Source: an uncultured archaeon
Lineage (GTDB): Archaea; Asgardarchaeota; Lokiarchaeia; Sigyniarchaeales; SOKP01
DNA: 30,299 bases
Direction of reading: 5' to 3'
Assembly (NCBI GenBank): GCA_964447495.1
Contig: CAYUTF010000030.1
Location: 1 to 30,299 of the forward strand
Position 1 is the stretch's first letter, and each line of letters begins with the position of its first letter. Below, piece after piece: positions 17,756-27,194 of this stretch. The notes under the pieces are model-generated. The model ran no database searches, was not told where the DNA came from, and worked only from the letters and a program-made list of their open reading frames with translations. The translations under genes and the position numbers were made by a program.

Positions 17756-19903
17756 TTAGGATTTGAGTCGTTTTCGTACTAAGAGCCCTGAAATAATCCC
17801 GATAAAGCCTAAAAGCAAATATGGGTTAAACCCCGGTATCGCGGGTGGCTCGGGAGGGGGTTCTTCCGTGCTGTCCTTAAATACTTGTACTTGAGCAGCC
17901 CCAATCATCCCCGCAGAATTGTTCGCATAGAAAACAATGGTGATGATACCATCCGACAGTGCAAACCATGCAGCCTGATTAAGCGAACCCGTTAAGCTAC
18001 TTGCTGAATGATTAGTCAATCCCCCATCAAATGTGTACCAGATGGACTCGTATGGACCCGTAATGGAAAGAGTGTAACTGGGGGCATTTTCGCCTATAAT
18101 CTGACTGTCAGTCGGAGAATTTATGGTAATATCAGGTGTTGGTGGTTGTGGTCCATCGGATGGACTCTTAACCACAATTACAGAGTTAGATCCGATATTG
18201 TCCGTATCATCCCTCGCATAAAATCTAATTGTCACTGGACCGTCAGATATAGCGTTCCAGGCTGTTTGATTGATGGTCCCGGTGAGAGATGTAATCGTAT
18301 AATTATTTGCACCATTATCAATCGTGTACCAGAACTCGTCTAAGTTGGCTTCATTAATTGTTATATCAAAGATAGGCGCATTATTAAATTCTTCACTCGC
18401 AGTTGGTGAGACGATTGCGATAATAGGGGCAAGGATGTCTTTTCTAACTGTTACTTCCGCTTGCTCTATATTGTTTGCTGTGTCATTCGCGAAGAAAGTA
18501 ATCGTAACCGTCCCATTTACGAATTTATCCCATTCGTTTTGGTCAATCCCTCCAGAAGACTCAAGGATTTTAAGATTTGTTAGGCCTCCATCAAGGGAAT
18601 ACCAGTTTGAATCTATATTTTCATCAACAATGGTGATATTATAATCTGGTGGATCTGTTCCATAGAGTACATTTTTTAGAGGGGAATGAACCTTGATATC
18701 AGGTAGAAATCCATCCGTTTGATGAAATAGAAACACATTTTCTCCATAGTTGTTCATACTTCCTCCGACAATGTATTGACCGTTTTGAGAAATTGCGGTG
18801 GAAGTCACCCAATCACGGCTATCGTGAGTCCACATAGGAACGGAACTAGTACGATTAAAAAAATGAAGCCCATAAGAATTTTCTGTCCCAACTACAATAT
18901 AATTGCCATGTTTAGAAATAGCTACTGTTGGATCCAAGCCATGAAATGATATTGGTCTAATAGCGGAATTATACCATAAAGGTATGGGGCTTGATCGATT
19001 AAAGAGATAAACACCATTTCCAGCACCAACAATAATATAATTTTCGTCAGCAGAAATTGCTATTTTTCCATCAGTGTGCCCCGTTGAGTAATTCCATAAC
19101 GGTATATTATTAGATCTTTCAAGAAGATAAAAATTAGTGTCTCCACTGTAAGCGATAATATATCTCCCGGTGGAAGAAATTCCGACTGAAGCAAAATTTG
19201 CTGGGGATGTGAAAGTCCATAATGGTGTAGAGTTGCTTCGGTGAAAAAAATACAAATCATTACAACATCCACTCCCAACAATATAACTTCCATCAGAAGA
19301 AATTCTTATAAAATCAACAATATTCTTTGTGGTATATTCCCATATTGGAATCGGACTAGTACGATTGAATAAATAGATTTTGCTGTCTTCGCTTCCTGCA
19401 ACAATGTAAGACGCGTCAGCTGAAATGGAAACTGAACAGATATTTCCACCTGTAGTGTAATTCCAAATTGGAACATGACTCTCCTTTCCAAACAAATACA
19501 CATTTTTATCACGCGATCCTGCTACGATATAACTCCCATTAGACGAGATAGCAACCGTAAACACAGAATCGCCGGTAGTATAGTTCCACAATGGAGTCGA
19601 ACTATTTCGATTAAATAAATAGATTTGATTGTCATATTCCCCTACCACGACATATTGTCCATCGTCAGATATATCAACTGAATTAACTTGGCGATTCGCC
19701 GTAAAATTCCACAGAGAAGTTGAACTTGAAGTATGTAATTTAGCTAATGGTTGATATTCCAGAAGTGCATTATGTGAGATATTCTTTCTTTGATTTTGAA
19801 TACCTATATTTGAAGAAAATAGTAGCCCATGAAATAATGTAATAGTACATGAAAATAACAAGAGGAGAAAAAAGTAATTTTTGATTTTTTTCATTTTTAT
19901 CAC
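17756..19903 (-). CDS. Secreted 8-bladed beta-propeller (WD40/PQQ-like) with 3 Ig-like repeats and Loki-CTERM-like anchor (likely ATG start 19894)
   Basis: Eight ~41-aa repeats (P(L/I)WxY...V.IS.xGxYIV.G...YLF), three ~90-aa WY(S/T)xDGG..FYAN repeats, PPAIPGF-TM-RKRLKS. Confidence 0.9.
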   Translation of the reverse strand: MIKMKKIKNYFFLLLLFSCTITLFHGLLFSSNIGIQNQRKNISHNALLEYQPLAKLHTSSSTSLWNFTANRQVNSVDISDDGQYVVVGEYDNQIYLFNRNSSTPLWNYTTGDSVFTVAISSNGSYIVAGSRDKNVYLFGKESHVPIWNYTTGGNICSVSISADASYIVAGSEDSKIYLFNRTSPIPIWEYTTKNIVDFIRISSDGSYIVGSGCCNDLYFFHRSNSTPLWTFTSPANFASVGISSTGRYIIAYSGDTNFYLLERSNNIPLWNYSTGHTDGKIAISADENYIIVGAGNGVYLFNRSSPIPLWYNSAIRPISFHGLDPTVAISKHGNYIVVGTENSYGLHFFNRTSSVPMWTHDSRDWVTSTAISQNGQYIVGGSMNNYGENVFLFHQTDGFLPDIKVHSPLKNVLYGTDPPDYNITIVDENIDSNWYSLDGGLTNLKILESSGGIDQNEWDKFVNGTVTITFFANDTANNIEQAEVTVRKDILAPIIAIVSPTASEEFNNAPIFDITINEANLDEFWYTIDNGANNYTITSLTGTINQTAWNAISDGPVTIRFYARDDTDNIGSNSVIVVKSPSDGPQPPTPDITINSPTDSQIIGENAPSYTLSITGPYESIWYTFDGGLTNHSASSLTGSLNQAAWFALSDGIITIVFYANNSAGMIGAAQVQVFKDSTEEPPPEPPAIPGFNPYLLLGFIGIISGLLVRKRLKS

Positions 19904-19907
19904 ATCG

Positions 19908-19975
19908 TGATTTTTGTCAAAATCGTTATTAAATATTTAAGTCTAGCTTCTATTTATAAATATTTTAAAAAAAGA
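19908..19975 (-). promoter_or_regulatory. Promoter module copy 1 (TATA-like TTTATAAATA; TAACGATTTTGACAAAAATCA)
   Basis: Aligns over ~70 bp with 23710-23780, upstream of the paralogous surface gene. Confidence 0.65.
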
Positions 19976-19989
19976 AAAAAAGGGAAAAA

Positions 19990-22900
19990 TTAGGATTTTA
20001 GGCGCTTTCGAATCATCATAATCGAAATCACACTGATCACTCCTATAACCAAGGAAAGATCGTAACCTGGAATTCCGGGAGGTGGGGTAGATCCCTGTGA
20101 ATTTTTGGTAATCATTATTGAATTTTGACCAATATTCCCTAACTCATCTCTTGCATAAAAAGTGATGGTAACTTGTCCATTTGGTAGGGAGTCCCATGCA
20201 CTTTCGGATATCGGACCACTGAGTTCCGTAATGGTGATATTGGTGACTCCTCCATCCAGCGAATACCAATAGGATTCCAAGTGAAACTCATCGATTTCAA
20301 TCAAATATCCTGGGGCATCATCTAGAAACTCTTGGTTATCTTCAGGTGCTATTATGGTGATTATAGGACTTGTGGAGTCTTTATATATTGTTATTTCAGC
20401 AAAATTTTCATTAGAAAATGAATCATTAGCATAGAACCGAATGGTTATTAGTCCATCTAAGGCAGTGAACCATTCTGATGCATCTAATGTTCCGGATAGC
20501 TCTGAAAGTGAAGCGTTGGTAACCCCTCCATCGATTGTATACCAAAATGAGTCTAAATTAGGCTCGGTAATGTTAATATTGTATGTTGGAGGACCAGAGA
20601 AATATTCATCCATTAAAGGCGATATAATAGTAATATACGGACTAGTTGTGTCTTTATTGATGTCAATTTGATAGTTAAATTCATTTCCAGCGAAGTCTCT
20701 TGCATAAAATGTGAGATTTACTATTCCGTCAGAATGGGCAGTCCATTCATCTTGATCAATGGTTCCATTTGCAGTGAAAGTGATATTTGTGACACCTCCA
20801 TCTAAAGTATACCACATAACATCAAGATTCGCATCATATATATTTACCGTGAAATTTGGCGCTGCTTCTCCGAACGCTTCACCTTCTGTGGGAGTAATTA
20901 AGTTTATCGTGGGAACTATCGAGTCTTTGATAATACTTATAGAAGATGAATTGATACGTCCGAAAGTATCATTTGCATAGAATACAAGTTCTATAATTCC
21001 ATCGCTTTGAGCCATCCATTCAGTTTGATCGATTGTTTGATTAGATGTAAATGTTATATTTGTCAAACCTCCATCTAGTGTATACCATAATGTATCTAAA
21101 TTGACCTCGACTATCTCAATTGTGAATTCTGGAGCTTCTAAAGGAAAATTTTGATTTGATGTAGGGGAAATAATATTAATTTGAGGTGGAATAGTATCTT
21201 TTCGAAGAGATATCGTAATCGTTCTAGTATTATCCAAGGTGTCATTAGCATAAAATTTTAATGTTATAGGACCGTCTGGTAAAACAGACCACGTCGATTG
21301 ATCTATAATCCCTGTTAATCCACAGGAAATATTTGTCAAATCATTATCTAATGAATACCAGACATTATCAAGATTACTTTCGTTTACGATTAAAGAGAAC
21401 TCAGGAGCAGTGCCATTAATTATTTCTCCATTAAGAGGGGTTACTACAGAAATATAAGGTGCAAGAATGTCTTTGCGTAAAATTACTTCATTAAATCCTA
21501 CATTATTTAAGGTATCATTTGCCCAAATTTTTAGAATCACTGTACCGTTTCCTATCTCATTCCATATTAAGGGATCAATGGAACCCGTCCATGTATTATT
21601 AGAAGTACTATATGTTGCATTATATAAACTGTACCATCGCTCTGAAATACTATTGATATCACTGAAACTCACACTCACAATTGGAGCATTTAGTCCTACT
21701 AACTCCATCGGACTTGGATCATTTATTTGGATATTTGGTGGAAAGATATCCTTCCATACAACTGCTTTTTTGGTTCCAATATGACCTAATGTATCATTTG
21801 CGTAAATGGTAATAATTAAAGATCCATTTGATATTAAATCCCAAATATTTTGCTCTATATATCCTAACCAGGTTGAATTATCAGTTATGTGAGTGCTGTT
21901 TTCTAATCGATACCATATATCATCTATTCCATCAGGATCACTCGTAAAAATACTAATCCCACTTGGAGCGGATTTTCCGAATATATCTCCTTCATTTACT
22001 CCTAATATTGATATTTGTGGTCGACCTATAGAATCTTTTATAACTTTGACTACATTTGAATTTTCCCAACCCTTACTATCATTAACATAAAGGTGAATCC
22101 AGACATCTCCATCATTCATTAGATCCCATACACTCTGATCAATAGAACTTAAATAGGTATAATTTTGTGTTTGGGTAAGCCCATCATCTAAGTTATACCA
22201 TACTGTATCTGCTATCCCCCGCGAAATGTCGTAAGTAATTTCCGGAGCTGTTGTATTAATATAATCATCTGTGGAAGGTGAAATTATAGTTATTAATGGA
22301 GAATCCCACCATCTTGGATTTTGGTCTTGAATTGTTATTGTGGGATTGTATAAGGTTTGAGCTGTATCTCCATATCCATCATCGTTAGCGTCTTCACCAC
22401 TGTAATAGGAGAAATAGTTATAATTCCATGAATTAGCATTATACACACTTGTCCTTTCATCTATAGCAGCATTTCCAATTATGGTATTATAGGTAAACGA
22501 TCCTGGGTAAGTGGCATGATCATCAAAAGAAGTGATGTAAATATTATAATTAGTGTTTCCAGACACAGTATTATTATAAAATTCTAAATTACGTCTGGGG
22601 GAATACTCATCAGGATGATATATGCCATATCCATCATTATTACTTATAAAATTATCAGATACCATCGTATCATGATCAACTGCTACTATAATTCCATGAT
22701 CGCCATTATTCTCAACAATGTTCTCATCGATTGTGGTATGTTCTGCCCAGAATATTTGAATCCCTCTATCACCGTTTCCGGTGATATTATTATTTCGGAT
22801 ATTTACAGTGTTTGCAAATGAACCATCTAATACAGAAATACCGGCTCGAGAGTTAAATTTAACATTATTATTATTAATACCGAGGAAGTTTGTGCCACTT

Positions 22901-23697
22901 GTACCTGTAAAATAGACCCCTGCACGATTATGTGAAATATTGTTGCGTAAAATAGCATTATTAGAACCACCATCCCAATATATACCACCTCCATTTACAT
23001 AACCAGCTCCTGTATTATAACTTATCGTATTATCTTCTATATCACAGTTATTACATCCCGTAAATTGAAGTCCATTCCCGTCGTTATTGCTAATATTGTT
23101 TTCTAAAACATTATAACTGTCACTGTAATATAAAATTACACCTCCATAATTCGAAGTGATGTTGCTCCATCTCACTGTATTAAAACTGGAAGAGGATAAA
23201 TAAATCGAATAGTCGTTATTATCATGAATATTACAGTCTTGAACGACGATTGCATTACTTCCACTCTCAATTCGAATTGCGTTATCGTTATTGTATAGTT
23301 CACAATCTTCAATAATCCCCGAATCGGTGTTATAGATCCCTATTGCATATGAGTTTGCATTATAGATTGTACAGTTGCGTATTTCGAAGTCCCAAGTATT
23401 TGAATTTTCTATTAAAATTCCAAATGTATTACCCGTACAATCAAGAGATACATTCTCAATAATATACTTCGAAAAAGTTGAGTCCCATTGAATCCAGTCA
23501 TAAGCAGCTTCTGAAGATGACCAATTATTATCAATATGGATAAAATTAAAATCATTTTCATTCCAAAAGCCAGAATTTTTTAGATTTAGAGTAGTGTCTC
23601 GTTCTTCATTCCAAATTTGCTGAAAATAATTATAATGACCTACTAAGCTTAAGAGTACAATTATTATGAAGCTAAAGCTAATTTGTTTTTTATTCAT
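19990..23697 (-). CDS. Large secreted beta-helix (NosD-like) protein with 8 Ig-like repeats and Loki-CTERM-like anchor
   Basis: N-terminal hydrophobic segment, beta-helix repeats, DANDDGYGD Ca-binding-like loop, eight P.I.IISP...WY.LDGG...FYANDT repeats, PPPGIPGY-TM-RKRLKS. Confidence 0.92.
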   Translation of the reverse strand: MNKKQISFSFIIIVLLSLVGHYNYFQQIWNEERDTTLNLKNSGFWNENDFNFIHIDNNWSSSEAAYDWIQWDSTFSKYIIENVSLDCTGNTFGILIENSNTWDFEIRNCTIYNANSYAIGIYNTDSGIIEDCELYNNDNAIRIESGSNAIVVQDCNIHDNNDYSIYLSSSSFNTVRWSNITSNYGGVILYYSDSYNVLENNISNNDGNGLQFTGCNNCDIEDNTISYNTGAGYVNGGGIYWDGGSNNAILRNNISHNRAGVYFTGTSGTNFLGINNNNVKFNSRAGISVLDGSFANTVNIRNNNITGNGDRGIQIFWAEHTTIDENIVENNGDHGIIVAVDHDTMVSDNFISNNDGYGIYHPDEYSPRRNLEFYNNTVSGNTNYNIYITSFDDHATYPGSFTYNTIIGNAAIDERTSVYNANSWNYNYFSYYSGEDANDDGYGDTAQTLYNPTITIQDQNPRWWDSPLITIISPSTDDYINTTAPEITYDISRGIADTVWYNLDDGLTQTQNYTYLSSIDQSVWDLMNDGDVWIHLYVNDSKGWENSNVVKVIKDSIGRPQISILGVNEGDIFGKSAPSGISIFTSDPDGIDDIWYRLENSTHITDNSTWLGYIEQNIWDLISNGSLIITIYANDTLGHIGTKKAVVWKDIFPPNIQINDPSPMELVGLNAPIVSVSFSDINSISERWYSLYNATYSTSNNTWTGSIDPLIWNEIGNGTVILKIWANDTLNNVGFNEVILRKDILAPYISVVTPLNGEIINGTAPEFSLIVNESNLDNVWYSLDNDLTNISCGLTGIIDQSTWSVLPDGPITLKFYANDTLDNTRTITISLRKDTIPPQINIISPTSNQNFPLEAPEFTIEIVEVNLDTLWYTLDGGLTNITFTSNQTIDQTEWMAQSDGIIELVFYANDTFGRINSSSISIIKDSIVPTINLITPTEGEAFGEAAPNFTVNIYDANLDVMWYTLDGGVTNITFTANGTIDQDEWTAHSDGIVNLTFYARDFAGNEFNYQIDINKDTTSPYITIISPLMDEYFSGPPTYNINITEPNLDSFWYTIDGGVTNASLSELSGTLDASEWFTALDGLITIRFYANDSFSNENFAEITIYKDSTSPIITIIAPEDNQEFLDDAPGYLIEIDEFHLESYWYSLDGGVTNITITELSGPISESAWDSLPNGQVTITFYARDELGNIGQNSIMITKNSQGSTPPPGIPGYDLSLVIGVISVISIMMIRKRLKS

Positions 23698-23709
23698 ATT
23701 ATAATTAAC

Positions 23710-23780
23710 TGATTTTTGTCAAAAAAAATCGTTATAAAAGAATTAAGGCAAGCTCTTATTTATAGTTATTTTAAAAAAGA
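23710..23780 (-). promoter_or_regulatory. Promoter module copy 2
   Basis: tgatttttgtcaaaa(aaaa)tcgttat...aagctcttatttatagttattttaaaaaaga aligns with 19908-19975. Confidence 0.65.
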
Positions 23781-23834
23781 GAATAAAAATTGTTTATTCG
23801 AATGTTAAAGCAGTAGAAATTTAAATAAAAAAAA

Positions 23835-24251
23835 TTATTTAAAGAAATTTATTATCAAATCCCAATTACCTTGAAATTGAGAAATATCGCTTAGATTGAT
23901 ATATTTTTCCTTCCAAATTTGACTAATATGTTTACTCTGAACGATATAATATATAGGTTCGTTTTCATCCTTCCATTCGATAAAGATAAAAATAAGATTT
24001 TCACTGGGTTTAGGTTTTGATTTAACAACAAACGCCGAATTTTTATATCTAGCTGAAGATTTTACTTGTATGCTTAAAGTCCTAGTACCGTCGATTGTTG
24101 CTAAAATATCCACATTTGCTATCCCTTCTTTCATTAATCCTGCTGAAATTCCAAATCTGCTTAATTTTGCGCAAACTAGATATTCACCCGCATCCCCAAC
24201 TAGTTTTGAACTTAAATCTTCTCCAAAAATATTCTTCCCTTTATTAGACAT
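23835..24251 (-). CDS. Small PD-(D/E)XK superfamily nuclease
   Basis: GDAGEYLVCAKL...NVDILA...SIQVKS has the E / D / QxK catalytic pattern. Confidence 0.78.
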   Translation of the reverse strand: MSNKGKNIFGEDLSSKLVGDAGEYLVCAKLSRFGISAGLMKEGIANVDILATIDGTRTLSIQVKSSARYKNSAFVVKSKPKPSENLIFIFIEWKDENEPIYYIVQSKHISQIWKEKYINLSDISQFQGNWDLIINFFK

Positions 24252-24408
24252 AAGTATATCAATTTTGTTTTATTGGTAGATTTTTATACTAATTCGAATA
24301 TAAAAACTCCGACATTTTATTAAAATAATCATTTGAACTCTCGAATTGTTAAAATGCATATTAAAAACAATTAGTGGGTTCTCTTCAAAATTGTCTTTTA
24401 TCATGAGA

Positions 24409-24590
24409 CTATCAAATGAAAACTTGAGAAACTAGTAAAAGATTTAAATACTACAGTAGAAATCGAATTGAAACATCAAGCTCATAATCGCTATTGTTTT
24501 GCTGAAGGAGCAATTAAAGCCATTAAATTCATTGTGCAAGCAAACGAAAATAAAATTTATAGTACTGATGAAGTTCTGGGATTAGTTTAG
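24409..24590 (+). pseudogene. dapB: Collapsed remnant of a second dapB
   Basis: 24462-24590 encodes IELKHQAHNRYCFAEGAIKAIKFIVQANENKIYSTDEVLGLV*, matching the DapB C-terminus (22 of first 24 aa identical). 24424-24436 TTGAGAAACTAGT also matches internal dapB 16405-16417 (EKLVK). Confidence 0.9.
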
Positions 24591-24595
24591 AAAGT

Positions 24596-24737
24596 GAGAT
24601 AAAATTATAAGGGTATCTCAGAGCAGATCAGTATTATCATCAATCTGATAAACTCAAATTTCATTATGCCAACTCTTCATTTAGAATGAATAAAGGGTAT
24701 CCAGTCCTTAAACATTCTTATTTTATAATTTTATCTC
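24596..24737. mobile_element. MITE-like 142-bp element bounded by perfect 15-bp inverted repeats
   Basis: GAGATAAAATTATAA (24596-24610) and TTATAATTTTATCTC (24723-24737); GT dinucleotide on both flanks. Confidence 0.35.
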
Positions 24738-24797
24738 GTAATAAATAAAACTACCACAGTTTTTATCTTTTTTTATTAGAAATAGTATAGTAGCTAT

Positions 24798-26111
24798 TTA
24801 CTTAAGATGATCTGGTATTATTTGGCTCTTTAATAAATCATCGTAGGTTTCTGCTTCTCGAATTGTATATGATTTTCCATTGGAAAGTAAGATCTCAGCA
24901 GCTCTAGGACGAGAATTATAAGAACTGCTCATTGTGTATCCATATGCTCCAGTATCAAGTATTGCAAGATAATCGCCTTCTTTTAACTCCATAAACTCTC
25001 TTTCTTTTCCAAGAATATCGCCGGATTCACATATTGGGCCCACAATGTCGTATTTCATCGTTGCACTCTTCTCTGTTTTAATACATGGAATGATATGATG
25101 GTAAGAACCGTATAACGTAGGTCGGATTAATGTATTGAATCCTGCATCAACTCCTGCGAATTTTTTATAGCCATTATCCTTAATCGTGTTGATTTGAGTT
25201 ACTAAAATTGTTGATTCTGCAGTTAGAAATCTTCCCGGTTCGATTTTTAGAGTTGGAGTTCCAATATTGCCCTTCTTAATCAACTCAATAAAAGGTTTAA
25301 AAACAATATCCTTATATAAATCTAAATTAAAAGGTTCTTCATTGGGGCGATATGGAATTCCTAAGCCTCCTCCAAAATCTACGAAATCAAATTTAATCTC
25401 TAAAACGCTAGAAATATTTTCTATTATTGCTAAATATTTTTCTATTGCTTTTTCATAATTCATTACATCATTTATACCCGAGCCTATATGAGTGTGAATC
25501 CCAAACCGTTGAAAACCAATCTCTTTAGCTTGTTTATATGCTTTAACAATCTGATTTTCTAATATCCCAAACTTAATTTCTTTTCCTGCGGTAATATCAT
25601 GAACATGATGACCTGCTCCAAATTCAGGATTATATCTAAAAGAGATTATCTCTTTTTCTTTTCCCAAATTTTCATAAATTTGTTTTACTCTTCGCAATTG
25701 ACTTAGACTATCTAAATTTATAGTAATATTAGTCTTAATTGCAAATCTAAAATCATCGTCTGTAAACATATTTCCCGTATACATTATCTTTTCTGGAGGG
25801 ATTCCCGCTTTCAAGCATGAGCGAATTTCTCCTTGTGAAGTACAATCGAAATAAGAACCCTCTAACTCTAATATTTTTAAAATACTCAAGTTTGAGTTAG
25901 CTTTTACCGCATAATGGATTTTATAATGATCATATGCAGATTTTAATATCTCATTAATTTCCTTAAAACGATTTCGAATAATTCCCTCATTAGTAATATA
26001 AGTCGGAGTCCCATATAACAATGCGAGTTCCTTTACGTTTACATTAGAAAAATATAACTGATTCTCTTTGTATTCTAATTCTTTTCTTTTTAACCAATTA
26101 ATATAATCCAT
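24798..26111 (-). CDS. lysA: Diaminopimelate decarboxylase
   Basis: YAVKAN (PLP Lys), HIGS, DFGGGLG, EPGRF, GPICESGD, GAYG..MSSSYNSRP. Confidence 0.96.
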   Translation of the reverse strand: MDYINWLKRKELEYKENQLYFSNVNVKELALLYGTPTYITNEGIIRNRFKEINEILKSAYDHYKIHYAVKANSNLSILKILELEGSYFDCTSQGEIRSCLKAGIPPEKIMYTGNMFTDDDFRFAIKTNITINLDSLSQLRRVKQIYENLGKEKEIISFRYNPEFGAGHHVHDITAGKEIKFGILENQIVKAYKQAKEIGFQRFGIHTHIGSGINDVMNYEKAIEKYLAIIENISSVLEIKFDFVDFGGGLGIPYRPNEEPFNLDLYKDIVFKPFIELIKKGNIGTPTLKIEPGRFLTAESTILVTQINTIKDNGYKKFAGVDAGFNTLIRPTLYGSYHHIIPCIKTEKSATMKYDIVGPICESGDILGKEREFMELKEGDYLAILDTGAYGYTMSSSYNSRPRAAEILLSNGKSYTIREAETYDDLLKSQIIPDHLK

Positions 26112-26132
26112 TTTTTTAACTCTCTATATTAT

Positions 26133-27014
26133 TTAAAACTCTATCTTGTCAATATAGCCTGTAAAAACCTTTATGGCAGGACCCTCCATAAACACTTCCT
26201 TCCCGTTGTAATGAATTATTAGATCTCCTCCATCATTATGGATAAGGATAGGAGTATTTTTCTCAAACAATCCTAATATCGTTCCCACAACAACTGCCGC
26301 ACAACTACCTGTCCCACATGAGTTGGTTATCCCAACACCTCTTTCAAAGACTCGAACGTTTGCTTCCTTTTTTGAAATGATTTTTACAAATTCTACATTA
26401 GTTTTTCTTGGAAAATGCTCATCTGACTCAATATTAGCCCCATATTTATTCAAATCAATATCAGATATTAAATTTTTTGTAAAAATAACCGCATGGGGAT
26501 TTCCCATCGAAACTGCTGAAAAATTAAAGATTTTATCCAATACAACAATTTGCTCATTTATACATTGAGAGGGATAATCATCTAATTCGACGGGTATTTG
26601 TTCACAATCTAATATTGGTTTTCCCATATCGATCTTAACAGTTGAAACTGTATTGTTAGTAATATTTAATTGTGCTATATTTATCCCCTTAAGTGTCTCG
26701 ATGGAGATCTCTCCCTTTTTGATAATATCATGCTCATAGATGTATTTGCTAAAGCAACGGATACCATTCCCGCACATTTCAGCTTCAGAACCGTCATTAT
26801 TAAAAATCCTCATTCGAATATCCGCTTTTTGGGACTTACATACATAAATTAATCCGTCAGCGCCGATAGAAAAATGAGGCGTACATAATAATTTCGCAAG
26901 CTCATTCATTTTTTCCTCGGGAATTTTATACTTAAGATTATTGATTAAGATATAATCATTCCCTAATCCATGATACTTCTCAAATTCCAAATCTTCGGTA
27001 TTATAATTGTTCAT
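26133..27014 (-). CDS. dapF: Diaminopimelate epimerase
   Basis: KYHGLGNDY, IGADG, EMCGNGIRC, MGNPH, NVEF, ERGVG.T.SCGTG. Confidence 0.97.
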   Translation of the reverse strand: MNNYNTEDLEFEKYHGLGNDYILINNLKYKIPEEKMNELAKLLCTPHFSIGADGLIYVCKSQKADIRMRIFNNDGSEAEMCGNGIRCFSKYIYEHDIIKKGEISIETLKGINIAQLNITNNTVSTVKIDMGKPILDCEQIPVELDDYPSQCINEQIVVLDKIFNFSAVSMGNPHAVIFTKNLISDIDLNKYGANIESDEHFPRKTNVEFVKIISKKEANVRVFERGVGITNSCGTGSCAAVVVGTILGLFEKNTPILIHNDGGDLIIHYNGKEVFMEGPAIKVFTGYIDKIEF

Positions 27015-27194
27015 TAAATATAGAATAATATTTTATTTTGTTGAATTACATATAAAAATTGATTCTTAATTGAAAAAAATTTCTAAAGATAGTCAGCATC
27101 ATTTATGACTCTCAAAAATATTTAAACTTTAAAATCTTTTATACACTAAGTTATTTTAAAAATTTTTATTAAAAATCATCTTAATACGATTACA

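Noticed and set aside
18700-22300. Repeats as a CRISPR array or nucleotide tandem repeat
   Set aside because: The periodicity is at protein level (propeller blades, Ig-like domains) with degenerate DNA; there are no identical repeat-spacer units.
16767-24590. dapB 3' end and its remnant as a diversity-generating retroelement VR/TR pair
   Set aside because: Differences are mostly synonymous and not adenine-specific, and no reverse transcriptase is present.
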